Shown: one piece after another, positions 1-10,160 of the stretch
How the letters are laid out: the number at the start of each line of letters is the position of its first letter
Numbering within the stretch: the first letter of the stretch is position 1
Source of the DNA: an uncultured Actinomycetes bacterium
GTDB lineage: Bacteria; Actinomycetota; UBA4738; HRBIN12
Assembly: GCA_963704885.1 (NCBI GenBank)
Contig: CAVPIB010000004.1
Location: 416,001-480,000, forward strand
Direction: 5' to 3'
DNA: 64,000 bases
Made by a program: the position numbers and the translations under genes
The notes under the pieces: generated by a model
What the model was told of the DNA's origin: nothing
The model's database searches: none
Seen by the model: only the letters and a program-made list of their open reading frames with translations

Positions 1-256
1 GATCCTGCACGGGACCTCCGGCCATGGGTCTTCGGGGATGATAGTTGACCCGCGCTCGGTAGAGCCGCAAGTCACACCGGCCGTGGATCTACGCCCCCGA
101 GGCCCCGAGGAGGACGAACCGATCGTCGGGGTCATGAACGTAGCGACGGTCAGCGGCGCAGGACCTAGGACCAAGAAACGTCCTGCTATCGCCTTCCGTC
201 CGCTGCACGCCGCCGCAACGGTGACTACTGTCCCCAGCGGGAGGGACACGGGGACG

Positions 257-652
257 ATGGATCGCGACGCTGAACGTACGAAGAACCAGGCTGAGAGCTC
301 GCCGTTGGGGTCGTTCTCCGAACGGGTCCAGACGCCCGACCTTCTCTCGGAGGGGCCCGTCCGGTTCCTGCTCGTCGCGGGGGATCAGGACGACGGCGCC
401 TGGGGACTGGTGGGGTCGTTCTGGCTCTCGATAGATGGCGAGCGGGGTGGATTCTTCGTCTCACCCCAGTCGCTTTGGCGCGGGAGCGAGATGGTGCGCA
501 GCTACAAGAGCGCCCGCTCCCGAGGGTGGAACGACAGCGACATCTACGCTTATTGGCAGGGTCAGGTTGGCATCTCGGGGTCGTTCATGATCGACCCGCA
601 GCAGCACGCCGACAACCTGTTCCAGGTCGCGCGGCGCGTGGGGGCACTCTAG
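257..652 (+). CDS. Hypothetical protein, paralogue 1 of a tandem pair
   Basis: ATG 257 after a purine-rich tract. Aligns over its whole length with ORF 758-1147 (VAGDQDDGAWGLVGSFWLS / VAGEQDDGSWGIVGAYWLS; both end VARRVGAL). Confidence 0.75.
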   Translation: MDRDAERTKNQAESSPLGSFSERVQTPDLLSEGPVRFLLVAGDQDDGAWGLVGSFWLSIDGERGGFFVSPQSLWRGSEMVRSYKSARSRGWNDSDIYAYWQGQVGISGSFMIDPQQHADNLFQVARRVGAL

Positions 653-757
653 CCAGGACCTGCGCCGATGCGTCACGGCCTAGGACCAATGGAGGGGCGA
701 TCTTTCGTTCCTCCGACGGCTGCTTTCCCTACCCGGTCGGCGTACCTTGATTGAGCC

Positions 758-1147
758 ATGACGCGCACGAAGGAACGCTCGAGCTGGAACCGGCTTTCGC
801 CGTTCGCGGCGACGCCGACCGCCGCCCACGCCCCCCAGCTGGTGAGCGACGAACCCGTGAACTTCCTGCAGGTCGCGGGCGAGCAGGACGACGGCTCATG
901 GGGGATCGTAGGAGCCTACTGGCTGTCTCTGAGCGGTCGAGACGGAGGTTTCTTCATCTCACCAACGGCGCTGTGGCAAGGGACCGAGATGGCGCGGAGC
1001 TATCGGGGGGCTCTCTCTCGCGGATGGACCGAAGAGCAGATCTTCTCCTATTGGAAGGATCTGGCGGGCGACGTGGGCACCTACAAGATCGCGTCGGAAG
1101 ACGCCGGCAGCCTGTTCGAGGTGGCCCGCCGGGTCGGTGCGCTCTAG
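758..1147 (+). CDS. Hypothetical protein, paralogue 2 of a tandem pair
   Basis: 129-aa ORF homologous to 257-652. Protein-level conservation between the copies supports coding status. Confidence 0.8.
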   Translation: MTRTKERSSWNRLSPFAATPTAAHAPQLVSDEPVNFLQVAGEQDDGSWGIVGAYWLSLSGRDGGFFISPTALWQGTEMARSYRGALSRGWTEEQIFSYWKDLAGDVGTYKIASEDAGSLFEVARRVGAL

Positions 1148-1166
1148 AGAGGTCCCGCCGCGGTGC

Positions 1167-3450
1167 TCAGGCGCTCCGGCGTTCCTCCCACTCTTCCCAC
1201 GTGATAAGCACGTCACGCGCCTTGGAGCCCTGACTCGCGCCGACGACCCCCTGATCCTCCAGAAGATCCATCAACCGTCCCGCTCGCGCGAAGCCGACCT
1301 TCAGCTTTCGCTGAAGCATCGACGTGGACCCTAGCTGCGAGCGGATCACCAGCTCGGCAGCCTGCTGCAAGAGATCGTCGTCGTCGCCCTGACCCGAGCC
1401 GCTCGCGCCCGAGGAGCTCTCGGTGGGCGGCCGGCCCAGGCCTTCGACGCTCTGCTCATAGATGGTCTCGCGCTGCCCCCGGATGAACGAAGACACGTCG
1501 TGGATCTCCTGCTCGGTCACCCAGGCGCCCTGCAGGCGCGTGGGCTTCGAGGCGTTCGCGGGGGCGTAGAGCATGTCGCCGTGTCCGACGAGTTTCTCTG
1601 CGCCGTTCATGTCCAGGACCACCCGAGAGTCGGCCTGGCTGGAGGTCATGAGGGCCACGCGTGAGGGGATGTTCGCCTTGATGAGTCCGGTCACCACGTC
1701 GACGCTCGGTCGCTGCGTGGCTAGCACGAGGTGGATGCCGACGGCGCGCGCCATCTGCGCGATGCGACAGATCGCATCCTCCACGTCGCGAGGCGCGACC
1801 ATCATCAGATCGGCAAGCTCATCGACGACGACGACGATGAACGGCATGTGCTCGTACTTGTCCTCCATGCCGAGCGGGATCCTGAGCGTCCCCTCGCGGA
1901 ACCCGGCCTCGTAGCTATCGATGTCACGAACGCCGACCGTGGCGAGGATCTCGTAGCGCATCTCCATCTCGCGGACGATCCACTGCAAGCGCTTCGGCGG
2001 CGCGCTTGGGATGCACGATCACGGGTGAGAGGAGATGCGGGACCTCGGCGAAGTGGCTGAGTTCCACGCGCTTCGGGTCCACCAGCACCATACGCACGTC
2101 ATCGGGGGTCGTCCGCATGAGGAGCGATGTGATGAAGGAGTTGACGAGAGAGGACTTGCCTGCTCCGGTCGCGCCCGCGATGAGCAGATGGGGCATCGCG
2201 GCGAGATTCACCATCTGCGTACGGCCGTGTACATCCTTGCCAAGCGCCACGGTGAGCGGATGTGTGGCCTCTTTCGCGGCCTTCGAGCGCAAGATATCTC
2301 CGAGCATCACGAAGTCGCGATGCTTGTTGGGGACCTCGACGCCGATCGCCGACTTGCCAGGGATCGGTGCGATGATCCGCACGTCCGGAGTGGCGAGCGC
2401 ATAGGCGATGTCGCTGGAGAGCTGCAAGACCTTGTTCACCTTGGTGCCGGCGGCGATGTCCACCTCGTACATCGACACCGTCGGCCCCCTGTGGGCGCCG
2501 GTCACCCGCGCATCCACGCCGAACGTGTGGAGCGTGCGCTCGAGGGCCGCCATGGTCTCCTCTTGGTGACGCCCGTCGGCTGTGGACGGCGGAGCCGTGC
2601 GCAGCAGGTCGAGCGGAGGGAGCTGATACGGGCCGCTAGGGGTGGCAACGGTCCTCGCCCTGGCGGCCCTAGCGGGCGCGGGATCGGACCGGTCCTCGCT
2701 CTCGTCTTCCAGCACCGGCGCCTCCGGCAGGACCACCAGGTCGTCCTGCGGCTCATCAAGCCCCAGCGCCTCGCGGACGCTCAGTCGCCGGCTAGGTCGT
2801 GGCGACCGCAGCTCCGAGTCGAGTCTCGCGCCGACCGGATCGCGTTCCGGCCTTGAGTCACGGAAGGTACGGACACGCTCGATCATCCGGGCAACCGGAG
2901 TGCCGGTGAAGATCAGTAGGCCAAGGGTGGTCAGGCCGGTGCAGACGATCGCCGAACCGATCGAGGAGAGCACCCGTGACATCGGGTGAGCGGCGGATGC
3001 GCCGATCACACCGGCGTCGTTCGAGAGCACGGCGTACCCGTCGAACGGGCTCGGGTTGCCACGGGCGAGGGAGAGCAGCCCCAGCGCTCCGAAGACGAGC
3101 ACCGTGAAGCCGATGAACATCCGCAGTCGATCCTCGACGGCCGTATCGCGAAGGAGCACGACGCCCCAGTACACACCGACGATCGGGAAGGCGTACGCGC
3201 CCACCCCGAAGGCACCTTGGAGGAACCACGAGATGCCGTGCCCGGCAGGCCCGGCCGCATCGAACCAAACCGAGAGGACCGCGAGCAGAGCGAACACCAC
3301 GAGTCCGATGCCCACGGCATCGCGGGTCCACGGAGACAGGATCTGCCTCGTTGGGGTCCGCGTCTTCGTCGGCTTCTTCTTCGCTCTCGGCTTCCGCGAC
3401 GACGGGGAAGACCGCCGGGCCGGAGCCCGGCGGGCCGTCTTCTGCGCCAC
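1167..3450 (-). CDS. ftsK: DNA translocase FtsK, split by a one-base frameshift near 1986-1992
   Basis: N-terminal 4TM region and Walker A GATGAGKS in 1924-3450; VVVDELADLM, LATQRP and gamma domain STSMLQRKLKVGFARAGRLMD in 1167-1988. Confidence 0.93.
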
Positions 3451-5121
3451 CTACACCTCCATGATCACGGGCAGGATGACCGGCTTGCGCTGGGTGACCT
3501 CGTAGAAGTACTTACCCAGCACACGCCGAACGTTCTGTTGGAGGGCCGACGGATCCGTGACGTGGGCCTCCGCGCTCCCTTCGAGGGAAAGCATGACGCG
3601 TTTGCGGGCCTCTTCAAGGATGTCCCCGGAAGTCTCGTCATAGACGAACCCCCGGTTCACGATGTCGGGGCCGGCCACGATCTCGCCTGTTTGGGCCTCC
3701 ACCGTGAGTACCACCACGACCACCCCGTCCCCGGCCAGCTTGCGACGGTCACGCAGGACCGATCCCCCGACGTCGCCGATGCCGAGTCCGTCCACGAAGG
3801 TCATCCCCGCCTGAACGCGATCCACCACCTGAACGCGCTCGCCCACCTCCACGACGTCGCCGTCCTCGCACACGATCACGTGATCGCTGGGGATGCCGAC
3901 CTCGATGGCCAAGCGGGCGTGATGCTGCAGATGTCTTCGCTCGCCGTGGATCGGGATGAACCACCGCGGCCGGACCAGCGAGAGCATCAGACGGAGCTCT
4001 TCCTGGGCCGCGTGGCCGCTGGCATGCACGGCGTCCGACGGAACGTGATACACGTCGCCGCCGGTCCGATAAAGCGCATCGACCACGCGGTGGATCGCCG
4101 GCTCGTTCCCCGGGATCAACGAGGATGAGAGCACGACCGTATCGTCGGGGCCGAGCTTCACCCATTTGTGCTCGCGGGCGGCCATCAGCGACAGGGCCGA
4201 ATACGGTTCCCCCTGGCTGCCGGTGCAGATCACGACCACGCGGCTGGGATCGAGGCGATCGACCTCCTCGATGGCGACGATGTCTTCGTCGGGAACGTGG
4301 AGCATCTCGAGCCGCCGCGCGGCCTCAACGCTCTTCAACATCGACCGACCCAGGAACGCGACCACTCGCTCGTTGGCTCTCGCCGCGTTCACGACCTGCT
4401 GGATGCGGTGGATGTGGCTCGAGAAGCAGGCCACGACGACGATGTGCGGGGCCTTCTCGATGATCCGGTGAAGGACCGGACCAACGCTCCGCTCGCTCGA
4501 CGTGTATCCGACCTCTTCGGCGTTGGTCGAGTCCGAAAGCAACAGGTGGACTCCGAGCCCGCTCGCCTCCTCGGCGAGGCCGTGGAGGTCGGTGGGCCGG
4601 CCGTCCAGCGGCGTCTGATCGATCTTGAAGTCTCCCGTATGCAGGATCGCCCCCAGCGGGGTGTCCACCACGACAGCCATGCCGTCGGGGATCGAGTGCG
4701 TCACACGCAAGAAGCGCATCGAGAACGGGCCGACGGTCGTCGTGCCTTCCCCCGGCGTGACCACGTTGAGTTGGCACCGATCGGCCACGCCGTGCTCCTC
4801 GAGCTTGCCTTCGAGCAGAGCCAGCGTGAACGCGGTGCCGTAGACGGGGATGCCGGAGAGCTCACGGAGGAGGTACGGGAGCGCCCCGATGTGGTCCTCG
4901 TGCCCGTGGGTGAGGACCACGGCCTCGATCTGGTCGGCTCGTTCGCGCACGTAGTCGAAGTCGGGCAGCACCAGGTCGATCCCGAACATGTCGGCCGAAG
5001 GGAACGACAGGCCGACGTCGATCAGCAGGATCCGGTCGTCCAGCTCCAGGCAGGCCATGTTCCGGCCGACCTCGCCAACCCCACCGAGGAAGACGACGCG
5101 AACGGCGGTGTCAGAGGAGAC
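3451..5121 (-). CDS. rnj: Ribonuclease J
   Basis: THGHEDHIG, HSIPD, HTGDFK, HASGHA motifs. The conserved N-terminus VRVVFLGGVGEVGRNM lies upstream of ATG 5058, so the start is uncertain. Confidence 0.92.
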   Translation of the reverse strand, partial: VSSDTAVRVVFLGGVGEVGRNMACLELDDRILLIDVGLSFPSADMFGIDLVLPDFDYVRERADQIEAVVLTHGHEDHIGALPYLLRELSGIPVYGTAFTLALLEGKLEEHGVADRCQLNVVTPGEGTTTVGPFSMRFLRVTHSIPDGMAVVVDTPLGAILHTGDFKIDQTPLDGRPTDLHGLAEEASGLGVHLLLSDSTNAEEVGYTSSERSVGPVLHRIIEKAPHIVVVACFSSHIHRIQQVVNAARANERVVAFLGRSMLKSVEAARRLEMLHVPDEDIVAIEEVDRLDPSRVVVICTGSQGEPYSALSLMAAREHKWVKLGPDDTVVLSSSLIPGNEPAIHRVVDALYRTGGDVYHVPSDAVHASGHAAQEELRLMLSLVRPRWFIPIHGERRHLQHHARLAIEVGIPSDHVIVCEDGDVVEVGERVQVVDRVQAGMTFVDGLGIGDVGGSVLRDRRKLAGDGVVVVVLTVEAQTGEIVAGPDIVNRGFVYDETSGDILEEARKRVMLSLEGSAEAHVTDPSALQQNVRRVLGKYFYEVTQRKPVILPVIMEV

Positions 5122-5995
5122 CGGCGTCCTCCAGGGCTCGGCGGACCCGGTCGCGCTCCTCAGATGTCGCTGGAACGAGCGGCAGACGCGGTACGCCCGC
5201 AGGGAGGCCGAGCATCTCGAGCGCCGCCTTCACTGGGATCGGGTTCGAGGTGATGAACAGGGCGTTGAACAGCGGCGACAGGGCCTCGTGGATCTTCCGG
5301 GCCGCGGGAACGTCGCCCGTTTCGATGAGCTCGATCATCTGGCGGATCTGTGGCCCCACCAGGTGGCTGGCCACGGACACGATCCCGACCGCGCCCAGGC
5401 ACACATAGCCGAACGTCGCCCAGTCGTCGCCGCTGTATACCTCGAAGTCGGGCGGCGCCTCGGCCATCAGGCGCGACACGCCCTGGAAGTCCCCGGTCGA
5501 GTCCTTGACGGCGACGATGTTCGGGCGCTCAGCCAGACGCAGGAGCGTGTCGTGCTCGATCCGCGTCGCGGTCCGGCCTGGGATGTTGTAGACGATGATC
5601 GGTAGGTCAGTGGCGTCGGCCACGCGCTCGAAGTGCGCGATCAGTCCGCGCTGCGGCGGCTTGTTGTAGTAGGGCGTCACGACCAGCAGCCCATCGGCAC
5701 CGGCGTCCTCCGCCGCTTGGGTCAGCTCCAGGGTCTCGGCCGTCGAGTACGTGCCCGTCCCGCAGATCAACTGACCCCGGCCTCGGATCACGCCGCCCAC
5801 GGCCCGGAACAGCTCGGCCTTCTCCTTGTGTGTGAGGGTGGGCGATTCTCCGGTGGAGCCGGCCACCACGATGGCGTCCGATCCGGAATCGAGCAGGTGC
5901 GCCGCCAGGCGTTCCGCGCCATCGATGTCGATCGCATGGTCGTCGCGGAACGGCGTGACCATCGCGGTGATGAGCGAACCGAACCTGCCGGACAT
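5111..5995 (-). CDS. dapA: 4-hydroxy-tetrahydrodipicolinate synthase
   Basis: AMVTPF, GSTGES, YNIPGRT, VKDSTG; start taken at MSGRFG. Confidence 0.95.
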   Translation of the reverse strand: MSGRFGSLITAMVTPFRDDHAIDIDGAERLAAHLLDSGSDAIVVAGSTGESPTLTHKEKAELFRAVGGVIRGRGQLICGTGTYSTAETLELTQAAEDAGADGLLVVTPYYNKPPQRGLIAHFERVADATDLPIIVYNIPGRTATRIEHDTLLRLAERPNIVAVKDSTGDFQGVSRLMAEAPPDFEVYSGDDWATFGYVCLGAVGIVSVASHLVGPQIRQMIELIETGDVPAARKIHEALSPLFNALFITSNPIPVKAALEMLGLPAGVPRLPLVPATSEERDRVRRALEDAGLL

Positions 5996-6051
5996 CCGTC
6001 CTCCTTCGCCACCGGGGCGGTGGACGTAGACGCGCCCTATGCTAGCTCCCG

Positions 6052-6597
6052 ATGCCGCGCATCTACACCAAGACGGGGGACGACGGCACCACCGGGCTCC
6101 TGTATGGAGGTCGGATCTCCAAGGCCGACCTGGCGACCGAGGCATACGGCACCACGGACGAGGCCGTCGCCGCGCTGGGCCTGGCCCGATCCCTATGCGA
6201 AGGGCCGGCGCTACAGGAGGACATCCTGGCGCTGCAGCGCGACCTATTCGTGGTGGGTGCGGACCTCGCTACCAACCCACGTGAGCGTGCGAAGCTCAGT
6301 CCCGAGGTCTCGCTCGTGACCGATGCGATGGTTCAGCGGCTTGAGGCTCGGATCGACGACCTGGTCGCTGAGCGGCCACTGCCCGACGCGTTCATCGTCC
6401 CTGGCGTGAACCCTGGAAGCGCGGCCCTCGACCTGGCCAGGAGCGTCGTTCGCCGAGCCGAGCGGCGGGTGGTGGAGATGGAGAGGGCGGACCGCTCCGT
6501 GAACCCAGAGACCCGCAGGTACCTGAACCGGCTGTCGGATCTTCTGTTCGTGCTAGCTCGGCGGCAGGCGGGCGAGATAGAACCCCCCAGCCGATGA
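6052..6597 (+). CDS. PduO-type ATP:cob(I)alamin adenosyltransferase
   Basis: IYTKTGDDGTT, RRAER, YLNRLSDLLF. Confidence 0.93.
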   Translation: MPRIYTKTGDDGTTGLLYGGRISKADLATEAYGTTDEAVAALGLARSLCEGPALQEDILALQRDLFVVGADLATNPRERAKLSPEVSLVTDAMVQRLEARIDDLVAERPLPDAFIVPGVNPGSAALDLARSVVRRAERRVVEMERADRSVNPETRRYLNRLSDLLFVLARRQAGEIEPPSR

Positions 6598-6598
6598 G

Positions 6599-7048
6599 TC
6601 ACTCGACGGGCACCGGGGCGAACGCGCCGTAGTTCGAGTCGCCGAAGAGCAAGATCACCAGGCCGATCGTTCTGGGCTTTACCTCGTCGGAGAACGTCAC
6701 CTGGAAGGTGGCCGAGCCGCTGTCGGGTATCTTCGCCGCGGCGTCCACCGTGCCGTCGTGGCGCGCGCCCGTCGCATCGATCACGTAGAGCGAAGGCGGG
6801 GCGAGCTCCGCCCCTGAGGCGTTCGTGACCTCAAGCGTGGCGGTGCTGGCATCGAAGCTGAGATCCGCCGCTATGCCGCCGAACCGGTAGCTGTACTCCC
6901 CAGGCTGGAACCTTACCGGCCCGGTTGGAGGCAACGACGTGGGCGATTCGGGTGTCGGTGTTCCCTCTCCGTCGCCGCCGCTCGTACAACCGGCCGCGAA
7001 GATCGCGACCAGGAGAAGGGGTGCGACGAAGCGGCGTGGGGTGCTCAC
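6599..7048 (-). CDS. Hypothetical lipoprotein
   Basis: Basic N-terminus, hydrophobic stretch, lipobox FAAGC, Pro/Thr linker; GTG start after TATCAT. Confidence 0.7.
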   Translation of the reverse strand: MSTPRRFVAPLLLVAIFAAGCTSGGDGEGTPTPESPTSLPPTGPVRFQPGEYSYRFGGIAADLSFDASTATLEVTNASGAELAPPSLYVIDATGARHDGTVDAAAKIPDSGSATFQVTFSDEVKPRTIGLVILLFGDSNYGAFAPVPVE

Positions 7049-7091
7049 GGATGCGGCATGATACGCGAACCCTGGAAGGAGACCGTGGAGC

Positions 7092-7565
7092 ATGAAGTTC
7101 CTAGAGCTGCGACGGCACGCGATCCGGGACCCCGATGTAGATCGTCTGTCGGCAACCGGCCGCGCCCAGGCGGAGGACGTGGGTCGGTCCGCCGTGGTGA
7201 CCTACGACGCCGTGTTCGTCTCCCCATCGCAGCGGACCGCGGAGACCGCCGCATGGTTCCTGCGAGGCGCTGGCCAGCAGCTGCCCGAGCACGCGGTGAT
7301 CCCAGGGCTCGCGGGTAAGGACGCGTCCGGCGGCTCCCCGGAGGGCATGGCCGCCGGTGTGCGGGCGCTGCTGGATCGCCTTTCCGATGACGAGCGCGGC
7401 CTGGCCATCAGCCACACGCCGCTCGTCGAGCGCGCGGCGTACGGGCTGACGGGTCGGGAGATCCTGCCACTCAGCGAGTGCGAAGGGATCCTGGTCACAC
7501 TGTTGGATGACGGAACCATCGACGTCATCGAGCTCCGTGCGGAAGCGGGCCTTCCGTCCACGTGA
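7092..7565 (+). CDS. Histidine phosphatase (phosphoglycerate mutase/SixA-like) family protein
   Basis: RRHA, LSxxGRAQA, VSPxxR, ISH motifs. Confidence 0.75.
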   Translation: MKFLELRRHAIRDPDVDRLSATGRAQAEDVGRSAVVTYDAVFVSPSQRTAETAAWFLRGAGQQLPEHAVIPGLAGKDASGGSPEGMAAGVRALLDRLSDDERGLAISHTPLVERAAYGLTGREILPLSECEGILVTLLDDGTIDVIELRAEAGLPST

Positions 7566-8200
7566 GCTGGGGTGAGCACATCGGCGCGGCGTTCGCCCTT
7601 GGGTTCGCGCTGGGCGCAGCACCCGGCCCCGTTCAGCTGCTCCTGCTCACCGAGACCGCGAAGCGTGGGCTATCGGGCGGCATAAGGGTGATGATCGGTG
7701 CGAACGGCACGCTGCTCGTGGTGATGTTGGCACTAGCGTTCGGATTCTCATCGATAGCGCCTAGCGAGGGCGTGCTACGGGGTCTCCGGCTGGTCGGAGG
7801 AGCGTTCCTGATCTACTTGGCGGCGGATGAGCTGCTGCACCTGCGTCGGGAATCCTCCGACGGCCGGACGCGTCCGCACGACGATGCTCTCGGGACGGGG
7901 CCGACCATGCGCGGCATCGTCGCCGTGGTCCTCAACCCAGGCGCGTGGATCTTCTTCGCCACGACCGCGTCCGCGGTGATCGCGGAGTCGACTGCGGACG
8001 GGGGTCGGGATGCGGCGGTGGCGGCCGCCGTCGCCATGACCGTAGGGGTGTCCCTGTCGGACTTCATGTTCACCCTTCTCGGGAGCGGGGGCAGGACCCT
8101 GTTCGGCGAACGCGGTCTCCGGTGGATCCGGGGCGGGCTCTCGCTCGGCCTGGCGGCGATCGGACTGGCCTTCGTCTGGCAGGGCGTCCGAGGTTACTAG
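7562..8200 (+). CDS. LysE family translocator
   Basis: APGP, GGAFLIYLA, LNP motifs; hydrophobic; GTGA overlap with the previous gene. Confidence 0.85.
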   Translation: MSWGEHIGAAFALGFALGAAPGPVQLLLLTETAKRGLSGGIRVMIGANGTLLVVMLALAFGFSSIAPSEGVLRGLRLVGGAFLIYLAADELLHLRRESSDGRTRPHDDALGTGPTMRGIVAVVLNPGAWIFFATTASAVIAESTADGGRDAAVAAAVAMTVGVSLSDFMFTLLGSGGRTLFGERGLRWIRGGLSLGLAAIGLAFVWQGVRGY

Positions 8201-8214
8201 TCTGGGTCAGACTA

Positions 8215-9432
8215 CTAGAAGAGGAACGAACACCAAGGCGCGGGATCGGTCGTGAACAGCGCGTCGGCCAGCGCCAGCGCCCCCGGCGTTTGCTCCTGGA
8301 CGCGGCCCGCTCGATGCAGGCGCCGGAACCCAGTACCGCCCAGGTAGACGGCACCCAGATCGGTCGCGGTGCAGGCGATCTGGGTGCCCGCCCTAGTTCG
8401 CTCACACGAGGCTCCCTCGCGAGCGCTCGTGATCGCGTACCGGCCCTCGTTCCACGGACAGAACGGATCGGTGACCTCGATCACGACCGTACCGTCTCCG
8501 TTGTACCCACGTGCCGCTAAGGCCGTCGGCACGTCGACCAACCGCACGTACAGGCCGTCCTTCAGGCTGAACCGCAACCGTCGCGGCTCTTGCATCAGGT
8601 CGAGCAGCGGCTCGTCGACCGGACGGTTCCAGGCGTTCAACGAGTGCACCAGGTCGATGTCGAAGAGGTAGCGCCACATGTCCGCCCACCCCTGGGGGGT
8701 CGACCCGATCAGCTGACGTACCGTGACCTCGAGCTTGGCGATCGACTCTGGCCACTCGTGCTTCACCTTGTAGGTGGCGAAAGCGTCGACCGTTCCATCC
8801 TGCTCGTGGATCACGTACTTGACGGGATCGTCCTTGTCCTTGCCCGATTCGAAGAACAGCCACTCCCACCAGCGATCGTCCAATGCGATCATCCCGGGCC
8901 GGCGAGCCTGCTCCGCGTCGTAGACGCCGCGCATGAGCGGGAGCGCCTCGGTACGATCCAGCAGGCGCATGTTTCCCGTGCTCCGGTGGCCACGGACGAA
9001 CGCCGATCGCTCGACCTCCAGATTGACCTCGCCCATGAAGGCCGCCATCCCGTAGCCGTACCTCCCGTAGATGCCACCCTCGGATGCGAAGAGCGCGGCC
9101 AGCGGCTCGCCACGCTCGCGCACGTCGTCGAGTTGCCTCCGCATCAAGGCCGTGTTGATGCCGCGGCGTCTGTGCGTGGGCTGGACACCGACGGCGGTGA
9201 TACCGGCCGTCGCCACCTGTGCCCCTCCGGGGACCGTCATCCGGTACGAGGCAGCCGCGGCTCCACCAACGATCCTGCCGTCCTCCAACGCAGCCAACCA
9301 GCGGTCGGTCTCGGCGACGAGCCGCTCTTGTCGCAGGTCGTCGTCGGTGAGCCCTCCGCTGAACGCAGCCTCGAGGGAACGCAGAGCGGGCTCGAACTCC
9401 GCTTCGGCGATAGGCCTGATCTCGATGTCCAT
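8215..9432 (-). CDS. Eis-like GNAT acetyltransferase with SCP2-like C-terminal domain
   Basis: ITAVGVQPTHRRRG, ALFASEGGIYGRYGYG, RLVDV, C-terminal PWCSFLF. Confidence 0.9.
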   Translation of the reverse strand: MDIEIRPIAEAEFEPALRSLEAAFSGGLTDDDLRQERLVAETDRWLAALEDGRIVGGAAAASYRMTVPGGAQVATAGITAVGVQPTHRRRGINTALMRRQLDDVRERGEPLAALFASEGGIYGRYGYGMAAFMGEVNLEVERSAFVRGHRSTGNMRLLDRTEALPLMRGVYDAEQARRPGMIALDDRWWEWLFFESGKDKDDPVKYVIHEQDGTVDAFATYKVKHEWPESIAKLEVTVRQLIGSTPQGWADMWRYLFDIDLVHSLNAWNRPVDEPLLDLMQEPRRLRFSLKDGLYVRLVDVPTALAARGYNGDGTVVIEVTDPFCPWNEGRYAITSAREGASCERTRAGTQIACTATDLGAVYLGGTGFRRLHRAGRVQEQTPGALALADALFTTDPAPWCSFLF

Positions 9433-9461
9433 CAGCGGAGCCTACCGTGCGCGCGGAGCGG

Positions 9462-10160
9462 TCAGTCCAGTCCGTCGAAGACGTCGCGTAGGACGGGCTC
9501 ACCCGGCCGGGGCGGCGGCCGATCGATCACGCCGTGCTCACGCGAGAACATCAGCAGCTGCTCTTCCTCGGTCATGTCTTGGACCTCATCTGCCTGGGTC
9601 TTGTGCTCCTTGAGGGCCGCCACGACGCGGGCTGCCACTGCGCTTGTATCCACGACGAGGCCGATCGTCTCGTTGGGAACGCCGCGCGGGTGGTACCGCT
9701 GCGTTAGGTCGAACGGCTCCCTCCCCGACGACACGAGTTGCTCGTTCCAGGTGTCGAGCAGCGTCTGTGGGATCGCGACGCGGATCAACCGACGGAACCC
9801 GGAGGTGCCTTCATCGCGGAGCCGATGGAACGCCACGGCGGTGGCTTCCCCCACGGTGACGTGGTCGGGATGACCCGTGATGCCTCGCTCAGGCCGTGGT
9901 TGGGATACCGGAGCCATTCGTGCCGGTCGGGTTCACGTCCCAAGGTGATCCACGATCGCCGATCCTCCTCCTCGCGAACCTGTCCTAACGTCTCCCGGGT
10001 GGCGAGAGGCGGGATCGGCGATCGGACCGGCCTCCCCGCTGGTCGCATGGATGAGCGTGAAGTGGAATCTCGGGTCTTCGGCGTGCAGCGCGATCGTGCC
10101 TGCGACGCCGAACGTGTCGTCGTCTGGGTGAGCGACGACCGCCGCGAACCTCCGGCTCAC
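9462..10160 (-). pseudogene. PIG-L/MshB family deacetylase, disrupted by two frame changes and an apparent internal deletion
   Basis: AHPDDD and ATSGEAG (9933-10160 frame), LGQVREEE (9785-10048 frame), GHPDH and HKTQ (9462-9917 frame). Confidence 0.75.

Noticed and set aside
1-25. Possible start of a minus-strand gene (MAGGPVQD...) with TATCAT upstream
   Set aside because: Only eight codons are visible, so it cannot be supported.
220-235. GGTGA-ctactg-TCCCC as a CRP box before paralogue 1
   Set aside because: The right half-site is degenerate, there is no matching -10 geometry, and paralogue 2 has no counterpart.
1975-2000. Programmed frameshift in ftsK
   Set aside because: No slippery sequence, and several other indels in the window point to assembly error.
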